Source of the DNA: Gemmatimonadales bacterium
GTDB taxonomy: Bacteria; Gemmatimonadota; Gemmatimonadetes; Gemmatimonadales; GWC2-71-9
Direction: 5' to 3'
Assembly: GCA_041615815.1 (NCBI GenBank)
Contig: JBFJCP010000020.1
Location: forward strand, 28,270-92,269
DNA length: 64,000 nt
Shown here: positions 49,762 through 58,770 of the stretch, in pieces
Position numbering within the stretch: position 1 is the first letter of the stretch
How the letters are laid out: each line of letters starts with the position of its first letter
Notes under the pieces: model-generated
What the model was told of the DNA's origin: nothing
Seen by the model: only the letters and a program-made list of their open reading frames with translations
The model's database searches: none
Made by a program: the position numbers and the translations under genes

Positions 49762-51327
49762 TCACCGCCGTAGGAGGGAGGGCGGTGGCGTCGCGCGGAT
49801 CGTTGGATCGTACCTCGCGCTTGGTGTGACCCCGTACTCATCTGCTACCGCATCAATGGACGCCGTGAGCAGCGCCTCCAGCAGAAACGGGTTGTGGACG
49901 CCGTTTCCGCTGCCCTTGTGCGCCGAGAAGTGGATGCCAAACGCCTCTCCGCTGCCAAACCACGGGCGGTCCTCGGTGAAGGCCAACATCGCATTCCACA
50001 ACGCGCCCTCCGCGACCGTGACAATGTCGTCGTCCACATTCAGTTCCGCGGTATCGCCCAAGGCCACCACCTGCGGCAGTACCCCGCCATCCGTAACGTC
50101 CATGATCGCATTGCCGTCCGTGTCGAACCAGAGATCGTCCAGGAGTCCTTCAATGCGGTTCACGGAAACGGTATAGACTGAGCGAGCTGCCGCCTCGCTA
50201 CCGTGGCACCCGGACGCGGTGCAGGCACGGAAATCTCGTTCTGCCACGGTGCAGGTCCCGGTCGTCGGCAGGCCCTCCGCGTCCAGGCAAGCCAGTGCCT
50301 CGAACAGGTGACCCACGCTCTCGAAGACGAAGTCCCCGCTCGCCGGGTCGGTGACCGTGAACATCGGCAGGTGGCACGTGGCGCAGAGCTTGGGATTCGC
50401 CTCTGACCCGTGCGTACCGATGATCCGTGCGGTGTCATACGCGAACCCCGGGGGAATCCAACCCACGTTCTCTCCCAAGACGAGCAGTCCTTGCGGTGCA
50501 TGGGGGCCGTGGGAGGATGGCGGAGTGCCACGCCGGGCGTGACACCGTACACAGAGGTGATCGCTCGACGCCACGTCGATCGGGGCACGTAGCTGCGCAT
50601 CGTTTGGCGAACCATGTGGATCGTGGCATACGGCACACGCGATCGGCTGAGGGGTTGCGCCATCTTTTTCGATGTAATTGGCCGCGTTGTCGAACTTCGT
50701 CGCGATGGCCGTCCTACCCTCGTGGCACGGCATGCAACGCGAGTTCGTCGTGGTGGAGCTTGATCCATCCCACGCCGGCGTGGAACCGTGCCGCGACTGA
50801 ATCCACTGATCCACGAAGGGGTGATGCGACCCGGAGTGGCACTCCGCACATCCGGTGGTCGCGGCCGTGTCCGCGAGGATCGTCGCGAGTGGTTGGAACG
50901 CGTCTGGATTCTCCACGTGCGTCAGCCCCGGGCCGTGACAGCTCTCGCACTGCACGTCCTGGTAGGCCGTGTCTTGCACGACGTTCCATCCAGCAGGGGT
51001 TGCCAAACTGTTCCCCCGTTCGTTCACCGTGTGGCACGGGAAGCAGAAATCCTGCGCCGCGCCAGAGGCTTCGAGTGTCGCGACCGCCCCCGAGTGGGCC
51101 GTCTCCTCCCAGTCGCCCTGCTTCCCCACATGGCAGTTGCCGCAGGCCGTGAGCTTGAGGCTGTAATCGAAGTAGCCGAGAAAGCCGCTTGCGGCATCGG
51201 GCGGGGGATTGAAAATCGGTCGCTCGACCTCGACCACGACGGTGTCTTCGCCGCAGGCGGCGACGAACCCTAGCATGGAGAGGCCTAGAAGCGTGCGTAC
51301 AGCAGCGGAGAACCTGGAACAGCGCAT
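49762..51327 (-). CDS. Multiheme cytochrome c lipoprotein, 9 hemes (paralog 2)
   Basis: VAA-C lipobox; 8 CxxCH plus CTASGCH; HNPFL motif. Confidence 0.92.
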   Translation of the reverse strand: MRCSRFSAAVRTLLGLSMLGFVAACGEDTVVVEVERPIFNPPPDAASGFLGYFDYSLKLTACGNCHVGKQGDWEETAHSGAVATLEASGAAQDFCFPCHTVNERGNSLATPAGWNVVQDTAYQDVQCESCHGPGLTHVENPDAFQPLATILADTAATTGCAECHSGSHHPFVDQWIQSRHGSTPAWDGSSSTTTNSRCMPCHEGRTAIATKFDNAANYIEKDGATPQPIACAVCHDPHGSPNDAQLRAPIDVASSDHLCVRCHARRGTPPSSHGPHAPQGLLVLGENVGWIPPGFAYDTARIIGTHGSEANPKLCATCHLPMFTVTDPASGDFVFESVGHLFEALACLDAEGLPTTGTCTVAERDFRACTASGCHGSEAAARSVYTVSVNRIEGLLDDLWFDTDGNAIMDVTDGGVLPQVVALGDTAELNVDDDIVTVAEGALWNAMLAFTEDRPWFGSGEAFGIHFSAHKGSGNGVHNPFLLEALLTASIDAVADEYGVTPSARYDPTIRATPPPSLLRR

Positions 51328-51426
51328 GGATCACTCTCCCAGCCTGAGGTGTGCCCGGGCAGGCACCCTCGGTAGAAGTACGGAGGCGGGCAGAAGTAAC
51401 CTCGCGATCCCTCATCACAAACTTCA

Positions 51427-51489
51427 TGAACTCCGCGATAAGAAATCCTAAAGGTGACCTGAAGACCCTTTCAGGTGACGCGGATCACA
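51427..51489. promoter_or_regulatory. 11-bp periodic TNAAG-like repeats and a CRP-like box upstream of paralog 2
   Basis: TGAAC/ATAAG/TAAAG/TGAAG/TCAGG at 51427/38/49/60/71; GGTGA-CGCGGA-TCACA at 51474-51489. Confidence 0.55.
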
Positions 51490-51512
51490 GGCGGGGAAGG
51501 AAGGACACCACC

Positions 51513-52607
51513 TCACTGTGTGGGTTCGGCCACATATCCCGAGATGGTCAGCACGATGATGTACACGATGGCGCCGATCACCATCACGGTCCAACGCCGG
51601 CTGCGCTGGCGGTTTCCCTCCCGGTCGAGGAATGGCACCAGCAGGAGCACGAGACCCGCCACCCCAAACCCCACGACGCCGATCACCTCACCCTCGATTC
51701 CCAGTATGTGGCTCGGAAGGAGCTTCAGCGTCTGGAACATGAACATGAAATACCACTCGGGTTTGATCCCAGCAGGCGCGGGCGCGAACGGATCCGCTTT
51801 CTCCCCCAGATGCGCGGGCAGGAAGGCAGCGAGTGCGGCCAGAATGGCGAGAGCCGCCAGCCAGCCAATGATGTCCCGAAGCAAGAAGTTCGGAACGAAC
51901 TTGAGAGCCCCTCGGGGCCCGCCGCGGTCTCGGACGCCCGGGGGAATGCTCATCCCATGCTTCTGCACGAGAACCACGTGCAGGACGATGAATAGAAAAC
52001 ACAAACCCGGTAAGACGGACACGTGGAAGGCGTAGAAGCGCGTCAGTGTCGCACCGGTGACATCCTCACCGCCTCGGAGAAACTCGCGGATGAATCCACC
52101 GATCAGGGGAAGCACGCCCGGAATCTCCGTGCCCACCCGTGTCGCAAAGAACGCGAGCTCGTTCCACGGCAGCAGATAGCCCGTGAAACCGAGACCCAAC
52201 ACGACACCAAACAACCCAACGCCCGAAAACCACGTGAGCTCTCTCGGGGTGCGGTACGCCTTCAAGAGCAGCACACTGAAGAGATGGATGAACATCATGA
52301 AGATCATCAGGTTCGCCCCCCAGCCATGAATCGACCGGATGAGCCATCCAAACTCCACCTCGGCCATGAGGAACTGCACAGACTCATAGGCTTCTTCCGC
52401 ACTCGGCCGGTAGTAGAACATCAGGAGAATGCCGGTACTGACCTGGAGGATGAAGAGGAACAGCACCATGCCACCCAGATAGTACCAAATGGTGTGCCGA
52501 TGAATCGGGACTTCTTTCTTGCGGGCGAGCGGGAGGAGCGCACTCAATCCGGTTCGCTGCTCCAACCAGCCGAGCGCCAGCCGTGCTCGAATCAACAGGC
52601 CGTTCAT
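51513..52607 (-). CDS. petB: Cytochrome b of a Rieske/cytochrome b complex (unsplit b6 plus subunit IV)
   Basis: [31 protein letters not shown]. Confidence 0.93.
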   Translation of the reverse strand: MNGLLIRARLALGWLEQRTGLSALLPLARKKEVPIHRHTIWYYLGGMVLFLFILQVSTGILLMFYYRPSAEEAYESVQFLMAEVEFGWLIRSIHGWGANLMIFMMFIHLFSVLLLKAYRTPRELTWFSGVGLFGVVLGLGFTGYLLPWNELAFFATRVGTEIPGVLPLIGGFIREFLRGGEDVTGATLTRFYAFHVSVLPGLCFLFIVLHVVLVQKHGMSIPPGVRDRGGPRGALKFVPNFLLRDIIGWLAALAILAALAAFLPAHLGEKADPFAPAPAGIKPEWYFMFMFQTLKLLPSHILGIEGEVIGVVGFGVAGLVLLLVPFLDREGNRQRSRRWTVMVIGAIVYIIVLTISGYVAEPTQ

Positions 52608-52677
52608 TCCCGACCCCGCCCTTGCGTCGTCGAGGGCCAGAGCGGCGGTTCGACCGCGGTGGACACAGCGCGGCGTG

Positions 52678-53103
52678 TCATAGACCCGATCCGGAGTCGG
52701 TCGGGCTGCGCCGCCCACCGATCACGAGTCCCGCAAGGCCGGCGAGCAACGCCACCGCACCCAACAAACCGACGATGGTCACGGTCCATGTGATCCACGT
52801 TCGCGAGCCACCAACCCATGACAGAACGAAGAGGAAACCGGACAGCGTGAGCGCCCCCACACCACCGAGGAAGAGTCGAATCCACAAGAGGCGACGGAGG
52901 TAGCGTGCCAGGGGAAAGGCGCACTCGGGACACACTGGCCCACTCGGCGCCACCCAGATGAAGGACCAGCGTTTTCCGGGCTTGCTCACCGACTGAGATG
53001 TCGGCGTGCTTCCGGGCGAATCGGCGAGCGGCACCTGTTTGCCGCAGCCCGGGCATTTGACTGTCGTCCAGACTGCACTGAGGCGTTCACTGATGCGGTT
53101 CAT
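52678..53103 (-). CDS. Hypothetical Zn-ribbon two-TM protein
   Basis: CPGC...CPEC followed by two hydrophobic helices. Confidence 0.65.
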   Translation of the reverse strand: MNRISERLSAVWTTVKCPGCGKQVPLADSPGSTPTSQSVSKPGKRWSFIWVAPSGPVCPECAFPLARYLRRLLWIRLFLGGVGALTLSGFLFVLSWVGGSRTWITWTVTIVGLLGAVALLAGLAGLVIGGRRSPTDSGSGL

Positions 53104-53161
53104 AACATTCCCGTCTCCTCGACTGCCCCCCAAGGCCATGTAAGGGGTTCCACTCGTCAGA

Positions 53162-53641
53162 TCAGGTTCTCCTACTCACCACGATCTGCTCTCCGCGCAC
53201 TCTCACGTCGTACGCAGGCAACGGTTCCGGCGGCGGTCCGGACACGTTCCGCCCGTTGAGATCAAAGTGGCCGTTGTGACAAGCACACCAGATCTCACTG
53301 AGGTCGTCGCGGTATTGGACAATGCAATCCAGATGCGTGCAGCGGGCAGAAAACGCTCGCAGTTCGCCTGAAGGCGTGCGCAACACCAGGCCGGGTTGGT
53401 TACCAAACTTGAAGATGCGGCCTGAATTAGTCGCAAGCTCGTTGGGCTTGAACGGCAACGTGACCGACGAGACGGCCGATTCTCGCACTTCGGGTGGAAT
53501 CAGATAACGCGTCACGGGATAGAGCACGGCCGCCACGAGTCCGCCAATGCCCGAGCTGAGGAGCCAGGTCGTCAGCGTTCGGCTGAGGATCCACTCGATG
53601 AAGGTCTTGCGAGAAACTACGCTAACGCGGTGCTCATCCAT
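53162..53641 (-). CDS. Rieske [2Fe-2S] subunit
   Basis: TM anchor, CTHLDC and CACH boxes, GPPP. Confidence 0.93.
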   Translation of the reverse strand: MDEHRVSVVSRKTFIEWILSRTLTTWLLSSGIGGLVAAVLYPVTRYLIPPEVRESAVSSVTLPFKPNELATNSGRIFKFGNQPGLVLRTPSGELRAFSARCTHLDCIVQYRDDLSEIWCACHNGHFDLNGRNVSGPPPEPLPAYDVRVRGEQIVVSRRT

Positions 53642-53654
53642 GCTATTCCTCTCC

Positions 53655-54962
53655 TCAAGCCCCCACACCTGTGCCGTGCGGTGGGTCCATCGTGGACGGC
53701 CGCTCCAGCTGGCGGATCTTCAGTGCGAGGCCCGCGATGAGCAGCAAGATCAGTCCCACGGACACCGCCAACCCCTGGCGCCGAAACAGATGCTCGTCCA
53801 GCGCGTCCCTGCCTCCCTCATACGCGGTTCGGGTCACTACGAGACCCGCTTCCACCTCCTGCCTTACTGAGTCAGCCGTGAACGAATGAACGGCCGCTCG
53901 TGCCTTGACGAGTGCCGTGGTCGCATCCTCCAACTCAAACTGCGCACGGCTGACTTCCATCCCCACGTTGCGCGCCTCGAGGAGAATGGCATTCGCGCGC
54001 TCCCGTTGCGTGCGCAGCGAATCAATGAGTGCGCTCACCACCGTGAAGATCCCAGCCAGGGTGTCGCCTTGCGTATGACACCGCGCGCAAACACTGTCGG
54101 CGAATAGTTGCAGCATCTCGTCGGTCGACGGCTCGATGTCGTGGTTCCCGTGGCACGTGGCACATCCCGGGAGGCCCTCCTCCACGAAGTACTCGGCATG
54201 CCCGTTTTCTTCGAAGAACGTGGCCATGACGCTATGGCACTGCCCACAAACGTTCTCTACGGACGAAATACCCGGAGGTGCCGCTCCATGATTGCCGTGA
54301 CAGTCGTTGCACGTGGGCGCCGATAGGTCCTCCTCCTCGGTCATCCATGTCCAGTGGACACTCCGCTCATAACGGGATTCCTGATCGGTCGGGACATCGT
54401 AGGCCGCCAAGCGGTCGGTGTCCGAGTGGCACGAGCCGCAGAGGCTCGCCACGTTCAGCGGATGAACGCTGGATTGGGGGTCGGACGGCGGTTTGATCGA
54501 GTGTGCCGGATGACAGCTGATGCAAACGGCGACGTTCTCATCGTTGTCCCGTGCCAGACGCTGCCCGTGCACCGACGTGCCGTACTCGGCAACCTGGTCC
54601 ACACGCAGAGCCGGGTTGTACCGGCGCATGAATTCGGCATCGGAATGACAGCGTCCGCACAGGCGAGCCACTTGCTGACGCTCCGGCTTCCCGAGAAAGC
54701 CAAAGCCGACAGCGAGTCCGGCCTCCGGACCGTGGCAGTCCAGACACCCAAACCCTTCCGCGGCGTGGAGATCCTCTTCGTAGTCCTGGGCCGGACGTAC
54801 GAGACGCTCCTCGTCCTGTTCGAGATGACACCGAACGCAGTCTTCGTCCTGCGGTACGCCCTGGGCATCGAGCCCCTTCACCAGCCCGAAAGCGAGAGAG
54901 ACGAGGGTCAGGCTCAATGAGGCCATCGACCACGAAGCACGCATTCCGCTATGCATCGTCAC
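53655..54962 (-). CDS. 9-heme cytochrome c with C-terminal membrane anchor
   Basis: Signal peptide; 9 CxxCH; helical stalk with an AVH motif, then a TM helix. Confidence 0.9.
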   Translation of the reverse strand: MTMHSGMRASWSMASLSLTLVSLAFGLVKGLDAQGVPQDEDCVRCHLEQDEERLVRPAQDYEEDLHAAEGFGCLDCHGPEAGLAVGFGFLGKPERQQVARLCGRCHSDAEFMRRYNPALRVDQVAEYGTSVHGQRLARDNDENVAVCISCHPAHSIKPPSDPQSSVHPLNVASLCGSCHSDTDRLAAYDVPTDQESRYERSVHWTWMTEEEDLSAPTCNDCHGNHGAAPPGISSVENVCGQCHSVMATFFEENGHAEYFVEEGLPGCATCHGNHDIEPSTDEMLQLFADSVCARCHTQGDTLAGIFTVVSALIDSLRTQRERANAILLEARNVGMEVSRAQFELEDATTALVKARAAVHSFTADSVRQEVEAGLVVTRTAYEGGRDALDEHLFRRQGLAVSVGLILLLIAGLALKIRQLERPSTMDPPHGTGVGA

Positions 54963-56371
54963 TCTAACGGTGGTTCTCGATGACATTGGAGACAGGCGAA
55001 CTGGTTGCGCCCCTGAGCCCTCGACCCGTCGAAATCGGGACCATGCGGATTGATACGCCACGCCCCCACCGCGGAGTGGCACTGGGCACAATCGCTCTGC
55101 GCGTGACAGCTGGTGCACGTGGCCAGTCCTTGGCGCGCTGCTTGGCCATGCCCGAGCAGCCAAAACGGGTTCGAGTTGTGAAAGGCGAAATCCGCCCTGC
55201 CATCAGAGGCAAACCCAACTCCCACATGACAGGCACGACAGAATACTTCGGCGCTGTGGCAAGAGGAGCAGTCTTGCTCCCCACCATATGCCAAGACGCC
55301 ATGACGCTCGCGGAAGTTCTCGACGTGAAATCGTGATTCGGCCGGTCCCGTGTGGCAATCGACGCAAAACGCCTGATCGGCGTGACAACTCCAGCAGGTC
55401 CGCTCGATCGCCGCGGCTTCGGCGCCGTGGGTACCCGTGAACCCGACCGGATGTACGTCGGGGGCGTCTCGCGAAGCCACCACCCCCTGCGCCCCACCCG
55501 GCCTTGGGCGCGGCAGCGCGGCGATCTGCGCCAGCGACGCATCCAGATGACACGCCTGGCAGCTAGGCTGAGCGTGGCAGTTGGCACACCGGTTGGCTTC
55601 GGACTCCATTGCTCGCGGATGAGCGAAGCGCCAATCTGCACTCTCGTGATCGCGAGGGATGGGATACTCAGCCGGTTGGTTTCGCACGAGCGCGGCAACA
55701 CGCGAATCACCAGCTAATCCGGCAATGAGCGCCACGGACGACCCGTTCAGGTGGCACCGGTTGCAGCTCTCCGTGGCATGACAGACTGCACAGGATGCCT
55801 CGGCAAGGGCGGATACCGGCGTATGCCGCTGGACGAAGTCCTCGGCATCATGCGTCGCGGGCTGTGGAAAGCTCTCGACTCGCACGAGCGTCAACGACTG
55901 TGCTTCCGTGATCGGAATGTGACATTGCCGGCAGTCAGCAACCTCGGAGAGGTGATCGGCCACCTCGTGCGCGTGACATCCGATACACCCATCGGGCGTT
56001 GCCCGCGATGCGGCCATGACCCCCTCCACCCCCTCCTGACGGTGACAGGTCAGGCAAGTCACGGAGTCGCCGGCCTCGAGGATCTTGTCCGTGTGTCCCC
56101 GATGGTCGAACACGACGTTCGACGGCTGCACGTCCGGACCCGACCAATCGACCTGTTCCTCAGTGACCCCATCATGGCATTCCACACAATCGACGGAATC
56201 CGGGTAACGGTCCGCAGCGCTCCCCGTCACGATCCCCTCATGGCATCCCGTGCACACGGGGAACACCCCTTCGTGGTCTTGATGTGGAAACCGGTCTTGG
56301 CGAGACCGGGCCCACGCGCTCGAGATAACGATCACCGCGAGCATCCCGACGACTACGCTCCGCGCGCTCAT
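54959..56371 (-). CDS. Periplasmic 16-heme cytochrome c (cluster 2)
   Basis: 16 CxxCH; colinear with the 27501-28958 protein (FPxCxxCH start, NPHGPDFD end). Confidence 0.93.
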   Translation of the reverse strand: MSARSVVVGMLAVIVISSAWARSRQDRFPHQDHEGVFPVCTGCHEGIVTGSAADRYPDSVDCVECHDGVTEEQVDWSGPDVQPSNVVFDHRGHTDKILEAGDSVTCLTCHRQEGVEGVMAASRATPDGCIGCHAHEVADHLSEVADCRQCHIPITEAQSLTLVRVESFPQPATHDAEDFVQRHTPVSALAEASCAVCHATESCNRCHLNGSSVALIAGLAGDSRVAALVRNQPAEYPIPRDHESADWRFAHPRAMESEANRCANCHAQPSCQACHLDASLAQIAALPRPRPGGAQGVVASRDAPDVHPVGFTGTHGAEAAAIERTCWSCHADQAFCVDCHTGPAESRFHVENFRERHGVLAYGGEQDCSSCHSAEVFCRACHVGVGFASDGRADFAFHNSNPFWLLGHGQAARQGLATCTSCHAQSDCAQCHSAVGAWRINPHGPDFDGSRAQGRNQFACLQCHREPPLE

Positions 56372-57912
56372 GGCACCCTCACCGAACCTTCAGAACGACG
56401 GGGCTCCGTGCCAATGGTCCATTCCAACCGAATGGAGCCGCGAAGCTGGGTCCAATCCGTATCCGGCGCATCCGCACCGGCGCGGTGACGATACGCCGCG
56501 AACGCTCCAGTGACGCGGGTGCGTGGTCCGAGCCGCATGCCCGCGTCTGCGCCCCCGAGCCACACGGTCCCTTCGTCTTCGCGGAGCTCGTACAGGCGCT
56601 GAAATGCACCGATACTCACCGCCACAAACGCGTCTCGGAGGTGGCGCGCAAGCCGAAGCCCGACATCACTCGTGGCCGCCCCAAAACCAACCTCCGCGCG
56701 ATAATGACCCTGAAGATCCCACGCCGGGGCGGGAGTGAGCCCGATCTCGCCTCCCACCCGCCACGTTGTCGAGCGGACCCCGCCGAAGAGGGTTTGCGCG
56801 TCCGGGTTGGAGTAGCGACGACCGGCCCCCCAAAATTCCGCGCGAATAGGAATGCGCGAATGCCGCCAGGCGGCCCGAAGACCTCCTTCGTCGTAGCCCA
56901 CTGGGCTGAACGCACCCCAGATCGTCCACAATTCGAAGAACGGACGGTGATGACGGAAGTATGGGCTGAGGGTCACACCTTTGAACGCCGGTAGCCACAA
57001 GCGCATGCGCGCTTCGTTGAGCACCCCAGTGCCCACATCGATGTTCAGATCGGCCGCCATGGACGCCGCGCCGACCCGCAGCACCACGTCCGCCGCCATA
57101 CGCTCAGAGTAGAGACCCAGCCGGTCGTCACGAATTTCCCGCTGGTACAGAGCACTGAGCGCAACGCGGTGGTGAGGTCGAATGTTGACTTGGGCACCCA
57201 ACACGTAGGGTCGGGCATCCGGGGCGAATGGCTCGAACTGCAGCACGTCGTCACTCGTCAGCGGCTCGTGCACGCCCCGAACGAGACCCCATCCGCCATA
57301 GGCTTCCAGCGAGAGGCCTCGCAGCGGTCTGACCAGCAGGGCACCACCATCGAAGTTGTAGTACCCGAGTCCCGATGCCTTCCATTGCCGACCACCGCGG
57401 ATCCGAAACGCAGACCGATCCACCTCCACGAACGCAGCCATGACGTCGAGATGATCTTCACCACGCGGCCAGAGCAATTCCTCGCCGCTCAACACCGTGC
57501 GTCCGCGGACACGGCCATACGCTCGAATGCCCTCACCAATGCCCCACACGCTCACCGAGACGTCTTGGATCGCGGGAACCGTTACTGTCGGTGCGATCAT
57601 GCGCCGGAATCGGCAGAAGGCCTCGCCGGAGATACAGCGAACCAGATACCCTTCATCGGACCGGCGCAGGATCCCGCTTCCGAGCGCGTCGCCTACCGGA
57701 ACACTGTCGGTCTCCAACGGGCGCACCTCGAGGTACTGGAACGTGGTGACACCCGAAATCCGCACGTGCTGCCCGCAGAGCGGGGATGCGGGGGATGCAG
57801 CACCCGTGGCGAGCATGATGGCCAGCCACCGAATCGCCACCCTCACGGTGCCCCTCCCACTGGAGCGGGAGCACGGGGCCACGAGGCGGGGATCCGATGG
57901 CAGTCGGCACAC
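56368..57912 (-). CDS. Putative outer-membrane beta-barrel (porin) (cluster 2)
   Basis: Paralog of 28955-30463 (FDG, YGGWGL.RG, LYQRE, P.F.LWTIWGAFSP, W.Q.R); start uncertain. Confidence 0.75.
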   Translation of the reverse strand: MCRLPSDPRLVAPCSRSSGRGTVRVAIRWLAIMLATGAASPASPLCGQHVRISGVTTFQYLEVRPLETDSVPVGDALGSGILRRSDEGYLVRCISGEAFCRFRRMIAPTVTVPAIQDVSVSVWGIGEGIRAYGRVRGRTVLSGEELLWPRGEDHLDVMAAFVEVDRSAFRIRGGRQWKASGLGYYNFDGGALLVRPLRGLSLEAYGGWGLVRGVHEPLTSDDVLQFEPFAPDARPYVLGAQVNIRPHHRVALSALYQREIRDDRLGLYSERMAADVVLRVGAASMAADLNIDVGTGVLNEARMRLWLPAFKGVTLSPYFRHHRPFFELWTIWGAFSPVGYDEGGLRAAWRHSRIPIRAEFWGAGRRYSNPDAQTLFGGVRSTTWRVGGEIGLTPAPAWDLQGHYRAEVGFGAATSDVGLRLARHLRDAFVAVSIGAFQRLYELREDEGTVWLGGADAGMRLGPRTRVTGAFAAYRHRAGADAPDTDWTQLRGSIRLEWTIGTEPRRSEGSVRVP

Positions 57913-58688
57913 TCCTTCTCCGGGGCCTCATGGTCTGCCATGTCGGTGTGGCACGAGAGACATAGCGCGCGAATCGGCGGAAGGGCCGCCACGACTGCAT
58001 CTTCATGACAGCCGGCTCCGCCACATCCGCCATGCGCGGCCTCGGCATGCACGACCTCGTCCGCGACCTCGTGGCATCGGCTGCAGGTGGCGTCCACCAG
58101 ATGGTGATCCTCGTGGCACGACTGGCATTCGGTGGTTGCCGCGTGCTCGATCGTGGCCGCATGGCAATCACCGCACTCCAGATCGGCGTGCCAGGAGTGA
58201 TCGAAGATCAACTGGCGGTCTCGTGCCTGGTCCCACGTAACGAGTCGTAGTTGTCCGGTCACCATTGCCGTACCCTCGAGTCCACCGGGGTCGTGGCAGT
58301 CGGCACACCGCAATCCGGTTTCCTCCCCATGGTGACACTCCAAGCACTCCCGATCAGAGAGCACCCGAAGCGACCCGTAGTCTGCCGGCGTCCTGTGACA
58401 CTCCAAGCACTCGAGCTGCTGGTGGGTGGCGTGACTCGGAACGGTTGAATGACAGGTGCCACAGGCAATGTCCCGATGAGGGCCATGTGGGAACTGCTGT
58501 TCCAGAGAGGCGCGGCGGACACGCACCCGAAACCGGGGCGATTCCACGAGCGTGGTGTCGGGCGGCACTCCGGAATCCACGGCCGCCTCTGATTCGCCTG
58601 CCGAGGATCCGCCTCCACCGCACCCCACCGCCGCCAGAGCGATGGTCACCATCACGGGGATGCCAGCGACAGCAGGACTTGTCCTCAC
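57843..58688 (-). CDS. 10-heme cytochrome c lipoprotein
   Basis: AVG-C lipobox; 9 CxxCH plus CGGAGCH; homologous to the C-terminal module of 30460-32445. Confidence 0.88.
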   Translation of the reverse strand: MRTSPAVAGIPVMVTIALAAVGCGGGGSSAGESEAAVDSGVPPDTTLVESPRFRVRVRRASLEQQFPHGPHRDIACGTCHSTVPSHATHQQLECLECHRTPADYGSLRVLSDRECLECHHGEETGLRCADCHDPGGLEGTAMVTGQLRLVTWDQARDRQLIFDHSWHADLECGDCHAATIEHAATTECQSCHEDHHLVDATCSRCHEVADEVVHAEAAHGGCGGAGCHEDAVVAALPPIRALCLSCHTDMADHEAPEKECADCHRIPASWPRAPAPVGGAP

Positions 58689-58770
58689 CGCCGGCACACC
58701 CGTCGTTGACAGGTGGTGCGGCTGTCGGCCGTTTCCGGCCGGTGGGGACGAGCCGTCCGGGTCACGATCC

